A stretch of DNA of 64,000 bases from Xylographa opegraphella (taxonomy: Eukaryota): positions 124,001 to 188,000 of the forward strand of contig JALDZX010000013.1 of assembly GCA_022813865.1 (NCBI GenBank). The letters are read 5' to 3'. Positions 48,013 to 60,440 of this stretch are shown here, piece by piece. The notes beneath the pieces were generated by a model. It worked only from the letters and a program-made list of their open reading frames with translations, did not search any database and had not been told where the DNA came from. Position numbers and translations under genes: made by a program. Positions within the stretch are counted from its first letter, which is position 1; each line of letters begins with the position of its first letter.

Positions 48013-50177
48013 GGTGGGCTGGCTTGCGGTGGGAAGATGCTAGGGAATCGGATTCGGATGGGGCAGATTGTTGATGACTGTGGAAAGCGGCCGCCCCCCG
48101 CCCTTCTTATCTTTCTCCGTCGGTGGGAGCACCGTATCCCCCGCAGACTCGGAGTTTCCCCACGACCACTCCATCAAGTGGAAACCTGATGCACCGAACC
48201 CATGCCGCCGGCACTGCAAGACACGCCGTTGGCCAAGGTGGGCATCTCCTCACGCCATCTGATATAGCGAATTGTACGAAACTGCAGCAATCTAGACCGG
48301 CGAACACGCTTGGCATCGACCGCTCAGCCAGCCACCACGCCCCGAGGAACTCCCTTTGTGGGAATCCAGCCCGCCCGCTGCTGCTCCGGGTGGAGGGGGA
48401 ACGAGGCCCGTATACGTCGGCCCGTGCATTAGCCCGCACAACCGGCTCCAAATGTCGCGAGCAAGAACAAGTCTGGTGGTGGAGATCCAGCGCGGTGGCA
48501 CGACGCCGTCGTCGATAGCTCGCTGGGACGGTTTTCGAATGTGGAAAACAGCCCAAATGGTCTGGTCTGGCCACTGGGAATATACTGTAGTACCATAGGC
48601 GCCCCATCGGGCGAACGTCGTTGCCCTCGATCTAGTTTGGCGGCGCAGCCACAGGGTGCTAGGCGCGATGCCGTCGGTACCTAGTGGTCGTGTTAATCAT
48701 GTTTCGTCTGCACGCGCCAGGTCGGTATTCCGAGGACGCCACGCATATTGGTGGTGGGGATGAGGGCTTGCAGGTGTCGCTTGCGGTTTGGGATAGTGGT
48801 GATAGTGGTGATAGTGGCATGCTGGATTGGGGTTTGTGGGGCGGGATGGGGGTTGGTTGTAAGCTCTCGTTGCAGAGGTGGGTAGCAGTAAGGTACTTTG
48901 TGAGGTAACTCCGTGTCTACCTTACCTTAGTCAGTACCTTATTTGCCATGTGGGATGCAACTGGCGCGGTACAATATCACCGACTGAGCAAAATGGGTAT
49001 CGGAGGCGTTTAGCTAGAATCCGTTCCAGTTCATTAGGCTACTTTGGAAGCCGTCGGTTAAGTCTTGGCGGTGTATGATTGGCTGCCCCATGCAGCTTTA
49101 GCGCGTTCTTGCTGTGGGCGTTCGCAGTCCCGATCGGGCAATTTATCTACCGCCAAGTGCTTTTACGTCTTGCTAGTTTTCGCACAAACAGATTTCGGCC
49201 AAAGTTCTGCGAAATAGATCGTTCGCGGACAAACAGGCCCTGTCACTGCAAAGACTTCTTGCTGCTTTGCTTCTAAGGGTACGGAGTATATAATTCATTG
49301 ATGTCCCTCGCACCGTTCTAAGCTATCTGCAAACGAGCGAGCGAAATACTGCAGGTCTCGAAGAAGAAAACCAAAAAACCGGAAAGGTGGGAGGTATTGG
49401 CCGACGAATAGATGGGTATCTTACCGCCCCACATCCGTTCGCTAGATACGGTAAGATAGTCACTCGATGGCTTTTTTTCCGGCTACTGCGAATGTCAAGC
49501 GAGGACGGGGGTTCTCGTAAGTGTGGGACAATGGCTGCTTTGGAGGATGAGATGTTGATGGGCTTTCGTTGCTGTCCTGTGAGGGCTGCAGGAATATGGG
49601 CTGAGTAGGTAGGAGGCTGATGCGGTAGCGGTTGGAGCTTGAGGTGGAGTGTCTGTCTGTGGTGGTCGAGTCGCTGCATTGTTTTGGCCCTCGGCCGAGG
49701 TCCTCCCACCCGTCGGCTGTTCGTTGGTCGGTCGACGAAGCGAAGCGAAGCGGAGGAGGAGAAAATATTTTTTTGGCGGCTTCTAAGGCCTAAACGCACA
49801 CTGTGGAAGCTCGAGAGGTGGTTTCGTGGTTTCGTCAGCGTGTTTACCCACTGTATCTCACCCACTATGGTGGCCTGCTGCATTTTTTTCAAGCTCTAAA
49901 AGCGTTTGGGCTTGAATAGAAGTACATGCGACGTGTTCAGTGCATGTCGCTCATCACAATGATTGGCCACCAGTGCCTGGGACGAGACCGTTGGCCTTGT
50001 TCGTGTCGCCTCTGTTTTTGTAGCAGATTCATCGTCGGCGTTCGGATTTGGGAAGATGGAGTTGGTTCCTGTACTGGCTGATATGCTAAATACAGTGTCG
50101 TTCATTTCTGCCAAAAATATCGTTCATTTCTGCAAAAATATCGAGGTGCTCTGCTCTCGGTACATGTGAGCTATGAT

Positions 50178-52000
50178 GGCCAATTGGCTACGGCTCTGGT
50201 TAATGGCTTCCGGGAGATGACGTTGGCTTTGATTCAGCTCAGCTTGGTCTTTTTCTCGCATCGGAGTGGAAAGCACGCATTGAATGTTGAGGATTCAGGA
50301 TGTCTTTGTCCACGATGGCAAAAGTTGGAGGCGGAAGCGGGTTCGATATGCAGGTTGTGAGACTGATGACTATTGTAGAGCGGGCTCGAGACACGTGCTG
50401 CAGAACTAATTACTATTATATAGCTTGGCTCCGCGCGGCTGATGAAGCGAAACGGCTTCAGCAGATATAAATAATGTTGATTCTGAAGAACATTGGCTTG
50501 CTAGTGGCGACGACCGCGGATATTTATTCTGGCGTGATGGAGGCGTGGGTCAAGGCGGTAAGAAGTCTTAATAGCTTGATTCAGGGCATGCCATGGCATA
50601 TCCCACAAGGCGCCGTTCTCCTAGCTTTCTCCCCTTGCCATGTATATCCGAATATGTCGGGTCTAACTACTGGATCGACCTTGAACGGGCAGCATGGCAC
50701 TGTGGTTAACACATATGGCGTGGTTACTTAGGTTTTCAAAATGCAGATCCGTCTGTTGACGATGGCATATACTGATTACAACAGCTAATTAGCTTTACCA
50801 GTGGCTTATCGATGACTTCTTTTGCGTTGACGGTCCCGGGCAAAAATGTGCTTGTGGTCGTTCACTCAGTTGATTTAGATCTTCTTCAGGGCGCGCGGAG
50901 ACATACGGAGCTACCTTGGGTTCATATGACAACCCCGACTCAATTGTATGCTGAGATGTCGACCAATATCTTGAATAAGGCAGGAATAAGGCTATGCGCG
51001 CGGCAGAACAATCTCTCGCGAAAGGTGCGCCTGTAACTTTGCTATTAAAGTGCTACATCTCCATACTACATGTCCGTGCATTGTGCACGTTCTGTACCTT
51101 GCTTCCGCGTGTATGTAGGCACGGCCTAAGCGGAAAACTGTCTCAATGTCGTTCTTGAATAAAGAAGATAAACCTCCGCGAACGTTCGCTACCATAATGC
51201 TTTTGTGCAAGCTCCAGTCTACTTTGCTCTTTTACTTCTGTTCAAAAGAAATGAGTATTCAAGGCTGTCCAATGTTTGAGTACCCCCATAGAATGGTCCG
51301 ATGGTTGTCTGTGCCATCTATCCCTGCCGTGTTCACCCAGGATAACGGACCCTCGGACAGGGTACACACTCGCTCTGCAGTAATATCCGCCTCTCGATCC
51401 CAGGATGTCAGTATATCATTTGGTTTCGTGGCTTACGGGATTGCGGAAGTGTTTAGACAGTGTCTCGATACATGGATCTGGAAACCAAAGCTGAGTGTGT
51501 CACTCCTGTACTCTATATCACTAGCAATTTCAATTACTTATTGGACGCATGCTTTGGGATATCATCGATCATCTTCACAAATTCCCATAATGCGGACATA
51601 TTTGTGGTTAAGACCGCTAGTCTCTACCTGTTTCTTTAAGCTTTCAACAACCCAAGCGGCTGACACGATCTCTACCGAAAGGGAAATACGAAATCGAGAT
51701 TGAAGCGGAAGACCCTGTGTGTCTAATTGGATACGAATCAAGCTAATTTCCCGTCAAAAAACATTATGAAGCCAGTTGCATACAGCTGATTAAGACCCAC
51801 TTCACTTACGAACCATCTCGGGACATTCTAGACTCGTGGCTTGCTTCTACCAAAGAAAAACCAATTAATCTCGACGATGATAGCCGTAGTTGTCAGATTT
51901 CTTTCACTACCTGGAAGACTCCACTGTTTCAGGCGGATTTTCAAACCGTGTATCTGCAAAGCCTTTGGAAAGCCATTCAAATCGCGGTAGATCGGCTGTT
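50178..52000 (+). pseudogene. Decayed gene of a large fungal hypothetical-protein family
   Basis: Protein-like fragments (GQLATALVNGFREMTLAL; AWLRAADEAKRLQQI*IMLILKN..YSGVMEAWVKAV..LIQGMP..GAVLLAFSPCHVYPNM; LGFQNADPSVDDGIY*) are broken by stops and frameshifts. The family resemblance is from memory and the 3' limit is uncertain. Confidence 0.55.
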
Positions 52001-52713
52001 GCAGATTTGTATCCACAATCATTATGGGTTTGGCAACGTTGTTATCCATCGAAGACTGAATGGAGAGATGATGCGGTTGGAAGTGGGAATGTATACCGGC
52101 AAACATATCATCCATGATTCCAGCTTTTACAGTTTTCTACTCGATGGCGAATAGTGGGAGCCTCTGATACAGGCGCACGACACGAATAGCTACAACTCTG
52201 AGGTGCGAATCTCCATACTAGAAACCGAAGTCTCGGCCGACACGCCGGTAAGTGAGCACACTTTTAATGGTCTCAGTCAAAGCCGCTGATCCCCCAAACA
52301 AACAAACTAACAGCAACTTGCGCAGCAGCTCTCTCAAGCATGTCGCGATTGTTGCCGCTTCGCCATCGAAGACAACGCAACGAGGGAGCGGTGTCTCGCG
52401 TGTACGGACTACTATCTCCTTTCGCTGGCCGCAGGAGTCGGCGCACTCATTGCGATGGCCGGGCATCCTCAAGCGGGAGCTGCTACAGGTGGTGGGATCC
52501 TATCAGTCGCCAAACTGATAAGCGGTACGATCAAATATTGCAGTGCCAAGTACGAGGACCCATCGACGTCGGCGGGACAGGGCACGGAGAGGCCGTCAGA
52601 TGAGCATCATGCGCGAGGATTAGAAATCCCATCGCATCTGCTTTTGTTGGAATGATTGAACGTAATCGGTCACAGACGAGAGTTTTATGAGGGTATAAAC
52701 ATTTGCGGCTGCA

Positions 52714-52803
52714 AATATCCCGGCTACCAATATCCCGGCTACCAATATCCCGGCTACCAATATCCCGGCTACCAATATCCCGGCTATCAATATACCGACT
52801 ACA
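52714..52803. repeat. 15-bp minisatellite (AATATCCCGGCTACC) x~6
   Basis: Four perfect copies at 52714-52773, one with 1 mismatch, one degenerate. Confidence 0.95.
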
Positions 52804-53718
52804 TAGAAGCCACGAGCCGCAAATCAAACCGCCCATCTCTCCCTCGCGGCGAGTCGCCGTTGAAATTCCTAGGCAGAGCCGCTTGATCACGCAGGTGTGA
52901 AGGGCGTCCTTCAAGCGTGAGACAACAAAATGACTCGTCTCTGCACTGCGGCCGTAGCAGCCCCACAAAGGATACTATGTCCACATCGTGGCCAAGTCTC
53001 TCTTTTTGGATATATGACAACGTCGGCTGTTTATACCGAGGAGCAACACCACGCGGACGCGCTCCGAGAGGCGGGCAGGCTGGTGGAGGTGGTGGGCATG
53101 GTTGATGTAGTTGTATGGAGATTGCCCTGGGCTGCGAGTGGGAATAGGGACGCGGAGTTGTTGTTGTGAGGGATAGGTGAAGAGAGGAGGAGGGGGAAGA
53201 CAGAGATGGGGAGACGGGATATCCGGAGGAGCAATGCCAACTTCGTCGAGAAATCGTCCGCACCCGTGCCGCAGGGGCAAGGGGGACGTCGAGTATCACA
53301 CGTTCACGTACGCAAGCTCAGACAGCGCAATTGTCATAAGAAAAAAGAAAACATCTTGCATTGCTCGTTTTCGCATACAACCCCGACATTCGCGCCCCTG
53401 ATGAAAAGAAAGAGAGGAAAGAAAGGAACGAAACGAAAATCGTAAGCGGCCGTAATATCCATATTCCCCCTCCCATCCACGAAACCGTCGTCGCCGAAAC
53501 CCAGACGCCTACAAATCAAGGGAAACCTCACGCGTCCACCTCTCCGCCGTTCAGCAATCTATCCCCCCCGCCCCTTTCCCAACCGTACAGTTCAAAACAA
53601 TTTAGTAACCCCCCCCCCTTCCCCCCCCTTCCCAACTCAAACCCCACCTCCCTAACCATCTCCATCTCACAATCCCCAGCACGGCTTTTCCACATCCCCG
53701 ATTTGCCGCCCCGCTCGC

Positions 53719-54811
53719 TCAGACGGCTTCGGCCTTGACCGGCTCCCGCACCATGATATCCAGCTCGATGGGCCGGCGCGCACGCGCGAGCTGGATCTTC
53801 TTCTGGGGCGCGAAGCCGAGCTTGGCGTAGATGACGGGGTTGACGGCGTTGCTGCTCTCGAGGTAGCAGGGGCGGGATTGGGCGTCTGCCTATAGAGCAA
53901 ATAACAAAAGGGGGGTGGTTGTCAGTAATGTTTCTAATACGAGTCTTCGGTGATGCGAGCAAAAGGTTTTAAGCTGCGAAAGGAACCCTTCAAGGTGCCG
54001 GTGCGAGAGAGTGCCTGACTTCGTTTCACTCGCGACTTTGAAGGTCTCGAGCAAGAGGGAATGGGGGAAGCAGTGACGTACCATCCTCGCGACATACTCG
54101 ATCAGTTTGCGCGCGTAGCCCTTCCCGCGCGCACGGGTCTTCGTGCCGATGTACACGAGGTACCAGGCGTCGTCGTCGCGCGCGCCGAGAACCTTGGCTT
54201 TGGTGTCGTGCAGCAGCGGCAGGAACTCCTTGAAGAAGCGGGTCTTGCCCTCGGCCGAGAGGCGGTAGTGGAGGCGCCACATGCCGCTGCGGAGGATGGT
54301 GCACATGTCGTCCATGTTCTGGCCGGGAGGCATCCTGCGCGCGGCGAGTCAATGTTTTGCTGGTGGTGGAAGTGGGGGGGGGGTTGGTTTGTTCTCCAGA
54401 GAAAGTAAAAAAGGGGGCAAATGGGGCAGGTCTCAGAAACGAACGTTGGGATGTCAGTACGCACCACAAAGCAACGCAATCGTAATTGGGCCCGATGGTC
54501 AGGGCGAGTCCTTTCATGCAGTGCGCCGCGACGACGTACTCCAGAATGCTGACGTGCAAGCTCCAGTTCGCGGCTGCGGACTTGCGCGCGCGGTCGGGCG
54601 TCTCGATGAAGTACATGGCTACGTCGTCTTTGGCAAAGGCATCGGCCAAGCAGAGTGCCGCGGCTTTGACTTCGGAGAGCTTGATGACACGCGGTTCATA
54701 GCCGGGGGTGATGATGGCTGACGGCTTGATCGGATTGGAAGCGGAGGTTGAAGTGGATGTGGAGGCAGAGGTGGTGGACTCTATGGTTAGGGCGGCGTTC
54801 ATTTTCTCCAT
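53719..54811 (-). CDS. GNAT-family N-acetyltransferase
   Basis: AAALCLADAFAKDDV, DCVALW|MPPG, WYLVYIGTKTRARGKGYARKLIE (motif A), PCYLESSNAVNPVIYAKLGF. 2 coding introns. Confidence 0.9.
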
Positions 54812-56089
54812 TTTTCTGGGAAAGGAACGGGGCTTAATTTTTAGGTGGGTGCTACTTGGCTTCACTACGGTGCCAAACATATGAGCATCAGACTATACAG
54901 CCATGACTATGTATGTAAGTAGCACGAACCTGGGGCTGATCCTGTACGAGGCGCTGGATTAGCTTGCTGGAACGATTACGGCGACGGTGACTTACCGTTC
55001 AAGGACAATTATTCGGTCTCGTTGAATCGCCCGTATGGACTTTTGAGAGCTGCGATCTGGAGACGCTTTCGAATCTAGACGGGTAGCGCAAGCAATTGAG
55101 GGATTGGCGTACGTCAACCGACATCCAGAAAACGTCGATATGGAGTACTTTGGATGAGGAAGATTGAACTGTTTGAAAGAGCGGTCGGAGCGACCCGATA
55201 CGGCAGCGACGATTTATATCAAAGAGGTCTTGGAAGAGAAAGTAGAGTACTTGTCCGGACAGGCCAAATTGTTTGCTTGAGCGGGTGACAGCAGAGAAGA
55301 GCGATGAGTCAAGAATTCAGAACCTGTGGTGCTGAAGCGAAACAGTTTACGAGTGACAACTTATGAAACTTTTGAGCGTCCGATTGTTGCGAAGCAAGAA
55401 CAGCGAGGACAATGGAAGTGAAGAAAAGACGGACAAAGTGCCGGATGTCAAGGAAGCATTAAATAGCTTCAACGCGCAGATCCTCGTGGCCTGCCCTGCA
55501 TCCCACGCCCAGGATCATTCTTTCGTTCCGAGCCGTGAGCTGGCCTGCGGGCCCGCATGCTGAGGGGCGGGCACTAATAACATCGTGACATTTGTGTCGC
55601 TGCGGTCCTTCCTCAGTAGCTGCTGGGAAGCCAGTGGAGCGGGGAAGGAGCCGCAGATAAGACTCCTCGGCGTGCGGTTGGACGAAATTCTCCGATAAGA
55701 GCCTGCAATGCATCGTGGACAATCCTGCTTCTGTGTATTCCCAGTCTTGCAGCGTTCCGAGCGCACAACGTCGGTCTATCTTTGTCTCAACTTGCCTCGT
55801 CTTTGACCGAAGGTTGATGGACGTCTTTCGCCTACCAATGCAGACCATGCCGCTTTCGGAGTAGGTCGTTGATCGCGTGTAGCTGCCTCTATCGGCATAG
55901 CGTCACTTACTAACAATAGACTTGGCCGATGGGCTCGTCACGACAAGGTCTACAGTCAGTGGAAAGGTGAGAATGATATGAAAACATGTTGATATGCGGT
56001 GATGACTTTAGCTATATGGTCGGACTGTTACTCAAACAGAAGCCCCTGCGCTCGATATCTGTCTTGTCTGCCTCACGGCTATCACTGCC

Positions 56090-58359
56090 CTATCTCGACC
56101 CTTTGGCCTGCCTGGCTTGCCTGGCCAGATGTGCCAGAAATTCCTGCTTCGTCGCTGGCTTCTCCGGTGGCGGTGGTGGCTGCCATGGCCGATCTACGGC
56201 GGCCGTCTTCTTCGCAATTGGAAAGTCGTCATCCGGATTAATACAGAACAGATCGTCGGCATTCATTGCTGATGGGAGCCTGCTGTTCTCAGTGTCGCAA
56301 TGCCCGATCGCCGATCGGAAGTCGTCTGCAAAGCGGTTGGCCTCTTTCTTAGCCGACCAAGGGGTGAGCGCCTCGCCAAAGTAGGAAAGCTGAGGGAGGG
56401 TGGCGAGGGTGGAGAGGTCGCCGTCCGAAGGCAGGATGCTAAGGATCGGTGTGGTCAACAGTGGCTTTTCTTCGTGTGATGGATGTTTCAGAGAGATGAG
56501 AAGAGGGTTCACGGTGAAAGGCTCGGCGAGTCCTTTTGATGGAGCCAGAGGCGAATTCTCTTCTGGCGGTTGGTAGAGCTCGTTATGAACAGTGGCGAGA
56601 GACTCCGCGGAGGGAAGATTGGGATAGAGTAGGGTATATCCACGTGTGCGCATGAGCTCGAGGAGGTATTCGGTCCAGGAAGGATTTTCGGGATGGATGA
56701 TGCGGGTGCGAGAGGAAGGATATCTTTGTTGTACAAGAAGGCGATTGCTGAGGAAAGAATGAAATTCGGCCCATTTGTCGCCGAAATATAGAGCTGCATT
56801 ACTGTTGGGGGCTTGCCACAAGAATGGCAATGGCGAAGAAACTATCGATACATCATCCGACATGGCATGTGTGTTGTCCTTTGCTTTGGTGACAGGTGGA
56901 GTAAAAGGCCTCGCATTATCGAGTGATCGGGACGGGAGGTCGAGGCTGATTCCCATGAGATTCTCAGCTTCTTCAGTCTGACCGCCGTATGCCGCATATT
57001 TGTATTCCAGTAGGTTGTAGAAGAGGTAATGGTAGTAGACGGGCGAAAGCTGGACTTGCGGCGACAAAACCAGAACATGGGACAGATGCGGGCGGGCAGA
57101 GTAAAAGGACTCGACAAAGCGAGCAGACGCCTCTTCTGAGCCGACCTGCTCTCTGGGTATTCGATGACGCAGCGTCACCTGCGAGACATGCGGTGCACCT
57201 GAAGGATCTAGGGGTGGCCAGACAAGGTTCTGCAAGAATAACCAGGTTGGCGGGTCTATATTCGTAGGAAGTTCAATAGTGAGATGCGGTCGTCGGCAGC
57301 CAAAGTAATCTGCTTCCTCTATTGACCTCAAGAGTCTGATCAGTGATCCAGAAGATCCAGGGGGTGCATGGATTAGTACATCGACATAAGTATTATGCCA
57401 TGCTAGACTTCGATTAGCCGTGACAATCATAATTTTATGATAATTCGATTTACCTTGTAAGGATCCATAATCCAGGCGCGTGATCCACATCATTCTTGTA
57501 AGTGCATCTGTGGGGAGTTCGATAACGGCTTTCTGGGTTTCATAGCCCTTTGGACGAATAGCATTTGCAAAGAAGACTTCCTCATTACTGATTTGATCAA
57601 TAATATAAACCTGGGGGTGCATAAAACTGTGTATATGGTGTAAAGCCGCAGTGACGCTTAGTTCCATGCGTGATTCTGTACTGTAGGGTCCATAATCAGG
57701 TCGAGCATCTAATTTCTTTAGTCAGTTGGTCCCAAGACATCAAGACTTTCTGTCTCACCATGCCAGTATATACCACAGTCTGGACCGACCCCATTAAGAA
57801 CCTGTACGTCTTTGAGCGGAAGATCGTCCCTACCGAGGAAGGCAAAATGGACGATATTCCTGTTCCACCTCGCCATCTCACAAGCCATTGGAATCAATCT
57901 CGAGGCGCTCTGAAGACTTGCAGCGGCGAATAATACATTCTTGTTTTGTTCGCGGTATCCCATGGTCCTCGCGATCCCATGGAGGGAAGCTCCAAGGCTA
58001 TAGAAGTTCACAGGACCGTCGTAGTAGCGCTTCTCCGAATCGGACTCGCCACCAGGATGTGGTGGCTTGCGTGAGGGGATGCGAGGCAGCGGAAGCCCAC
58101 CAAAGGTCTGGCCAGGTACCCTGGTATCAATTCTCTGCGGGATGGGCACCAGATCCGTGGGTATGTTCTTGAAGAAGAAATAAAGCACCAGACCGATCAA
58201 GAGGCCGATGATCAGTCTCCGCTTGCGCACCCGAGGGGCCGCTTTCCATTTCATCCATGACCATATGGGTATCGAGATTGTCCCGCCTGCAGGCTTATGG
58301 TCGTCGTTCTTCTTTCCCAGCTCTTCATCGCCGGCAAAGATCCGCCCTGGCAAGGGCAT
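56090..58359 (-). CDS. Type II membrane protein, putative glycosyltransferase-like (fungal conserved)
   Basis: DEELGKKNDD N-terminus, a TM segment (RRLIIGLLIGLVLYFFF), YWH|DARPDYG, LIRLLRSIEEADYFG, FLWQAPNSNAALYFGDKWAEFHSFLS. One intron near 57705-57758. Enzymatic function is not demonstrable from sequence. Confidence 0.75.
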
Positions 58360-58958
58360 CTGTCGTCCCAGCGCACGCTATCGTGGCCTCAGCTCGACAT
58401 CTGGCGAGCTCATTCGGCCACTAATTGGGCTGTCAAGGCCCCTCCTGGTGGAATTCGCCACTTTCTCAAATGATCACGACAGGAATGAGACTCGTTGTGG
58501 ACTCGGCGGTGTTGCCAGTTCCGTTGTCTCAATGCAGATTAGCTTTCTTGGTAGCTTCTCATTGGTTGAACCTTATTAGCACTTTAAGCGAGGCCCGCTT
58601 TGCAGGGCTGGTGGCCAATTGAAGCCCGGGGAGACTTAGTGGACGTTAGCGGAGGGGACGCACCTTTAGGGGAGTGGTTTAGCGGTCCATCCCCCATGTC
58701 TGGTCAACTGGATTAGCTGGCCCTTGATCGCAACGGCTCACGAATATTGCACTCAAGCCTCGGGCGTATTGCTTCACCGCAAACAATATTTCCTCCAACT
58801 CCCCGAGTTTACGCTCAACTCTCGTTCTCTCTACTCAGACACTCAATCAGAGGCTATAAGCTCTTGATTGAGTAGCTCCTACCTATCGTTCAGGCGCTCT
58901 CGTAATTCCAGCATCGAGCTCCATTGCAACACTCCTTAAAGAATCCCCCACAGCCACC

Positions 58959-59863
58959 ATGAGCACCACCACTACCCAGACCATCACCGCCGAGAACGTG
59001 ATCCACCTCTTCCCCGAAGTCGACTCCCAATTGGCCTCATCGCACCGCACCGGGACGTCGACCAGCGACCTCGAAGGCTACGATGAAGAGCAAATCCGCC
59101 TCATGGACGAGGTCTGCATCGTCCTCGACAAAGACGACAAGCCCATCGGTAGCGCAAGCAAGAAAGTTTGTCCGTCTACCTCGCTGCTGCCTGCTTTTGT
59201 CCTTGCTCCAACTAACTCGTTCGCCCCTGACCAGGCCACCTGATGACCAACATCAACTCCGGCCTGCTCCACCGCGCATTCTCCGTCTTCCTCTTCGACT
59301 CGCAAGACCGTCTGCTGCTGCAGCAGCGCGCCTCGGAAAAGATCACCTTCCCGGATATGTGGACGAACACATGTTGCTCGCACCCGCTGGGTGTGCCGGG
59401 TGAAACGGGGGCGGATCTGGAGACGGCAGTCATGGGGGTGAAGCGGGCGGCGCAGAGGAAACTGTGGCATGAGCTTGGGATCAAGAAAGAGCAGGTGCCA
59501 CTGGAGGACTTCCGCTTCCTCACGAGAATTCACTATTTGGCACCCAGTGACGGGAAGTGGGGCGAACATGAGAGTATATTTACCTTCCATTGGACTGCAA
59601 AGGGAACGAGGCTGACATGGACCCAAGTCGACTACATCCTCTTCATCAAAGCGGACGTGGACCTCGAAGTCAACCCCAATGAAGTGCAGGACACGCGGTA
59701 TGTATCGGCGGACGGAATGCGGAGCATGTTCAAAGACGAGAAGCTCAAGTTCACGCCGTGGTTCAAGCTCATATGCGAAACCCTGCTGTTCGAGTGGTGG
59801 GAGCACCTGAACGGGGGCTTGGAGATGTACACGAACGACACGGATATAAAACGCATGTGCTAA
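58959..59863 (+). CDS. IDI1: Isopentenyl-diphosphate delta-isomerase (type I)
   Basis: GYDEEQIRLMDEVCIVLD, LLHRAFSVFLF, QQRASEKITFPDMWTNTCCSHPL, WGEHE|IDYILF, FTPWFKLI. 2 introns. Confidence 0.97.
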
Positions 59864-59990
59864 AAGAGGTAGAGCTGTACTCCCAAGATACAATTGCGTA
59901 TGTACGCAGATAAGCAACAGCACACTCAAGCCATAAAAATGTACAACATCCAGCCGCAGAAGTGAGAAACCCCGTTGATCGTTCCCGCTC

Positions 59991-60440
59991 TCACCAAAAC
60001 TGATCATCCACCCAATCCCGCTCCCTTCTCTGCTTTTCCTCTCTCCGGCCCTTCTCACTAGCTTCCTCTCCCTTCCTCCACCCCCCTCCCCACCGCCAGA
60101 CCCTCCACGACCTCCCTCCCTCAACCACTTTCTCCCCATCCCCCGCCATCCCACCTAGACTCCCTCGGCCCCCCTCCACCCCCCCCCGCCGCACCCTCAT
60201 CAAACACACAACCGCCACCAGCGACGCCATGAACAGCGACACCGCCAGCGCGACCGTGACGCCCATGACGGCGGGGCTCTGCAAGAAGCCGCCGAGGGAG
60301 TCCTCCTTCCGCGCCGACGTGTCGGGACCGCTGGAGCCGTCGGAGGCGGGCAGCTCCGTCGGCGAGATCTGTACGCGCTGCGGGAGGGCCAGGGCCAGAG
60401 CGGGGAGGGCGAGGCTGAGGAGGAGCTGGTGGGTGGGCAT
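59991..60440 (-). CDS. Small single-pass membrane protein with signal peptide
   Basis: Signal peptide MPTHQLLLSLALPALALA, a TM segment AVMGVTVALAVSLFMASLVAVVCLM, then a basic G/R/E-rich tail. Confidence 0.55.
   Translation of the reverse strand: MPTHQLLLSLALPALALALPQRVQISPTELPASDGSSGPDTSARKEDSLGGFLQSPAVMGVTVALAVSLFMASLVAVVCLMRVRRGGVEGGRGSLGGMAGDGEKVVEGGRSWRVWRWGGGWRKGEEASEKGRREEKQRRERDWVDDQFW

Noticed and set aside
48792..48818. (GATAGTGGT)x3 short tandem repeat
   Set aside because: Simple slippage repeat with no further structure.
52714..52803. CRISPR array
   Set aside because: Head-to-tail 15-bp units with no spacers, a eukaryotic context and no cas genes.
53758..53796. 10-bp inverted repeat ATCCAGCTCG/CGAGCTGGAT in the GNAT last exon
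   Set aside because: Lies in GC-rich coding sequence (IQL/ELD codons) and is plausibly chance.
53719..59863. GNAT, glycosyltransferase-like gene and IDI1 as a biosynthetic gene cluster
   Set aside because: No backbone enzyme (terpene synthase, PKS, NRPS), transporter or cluster regulator; IDI1 is a core mevalonate-pathway gene.
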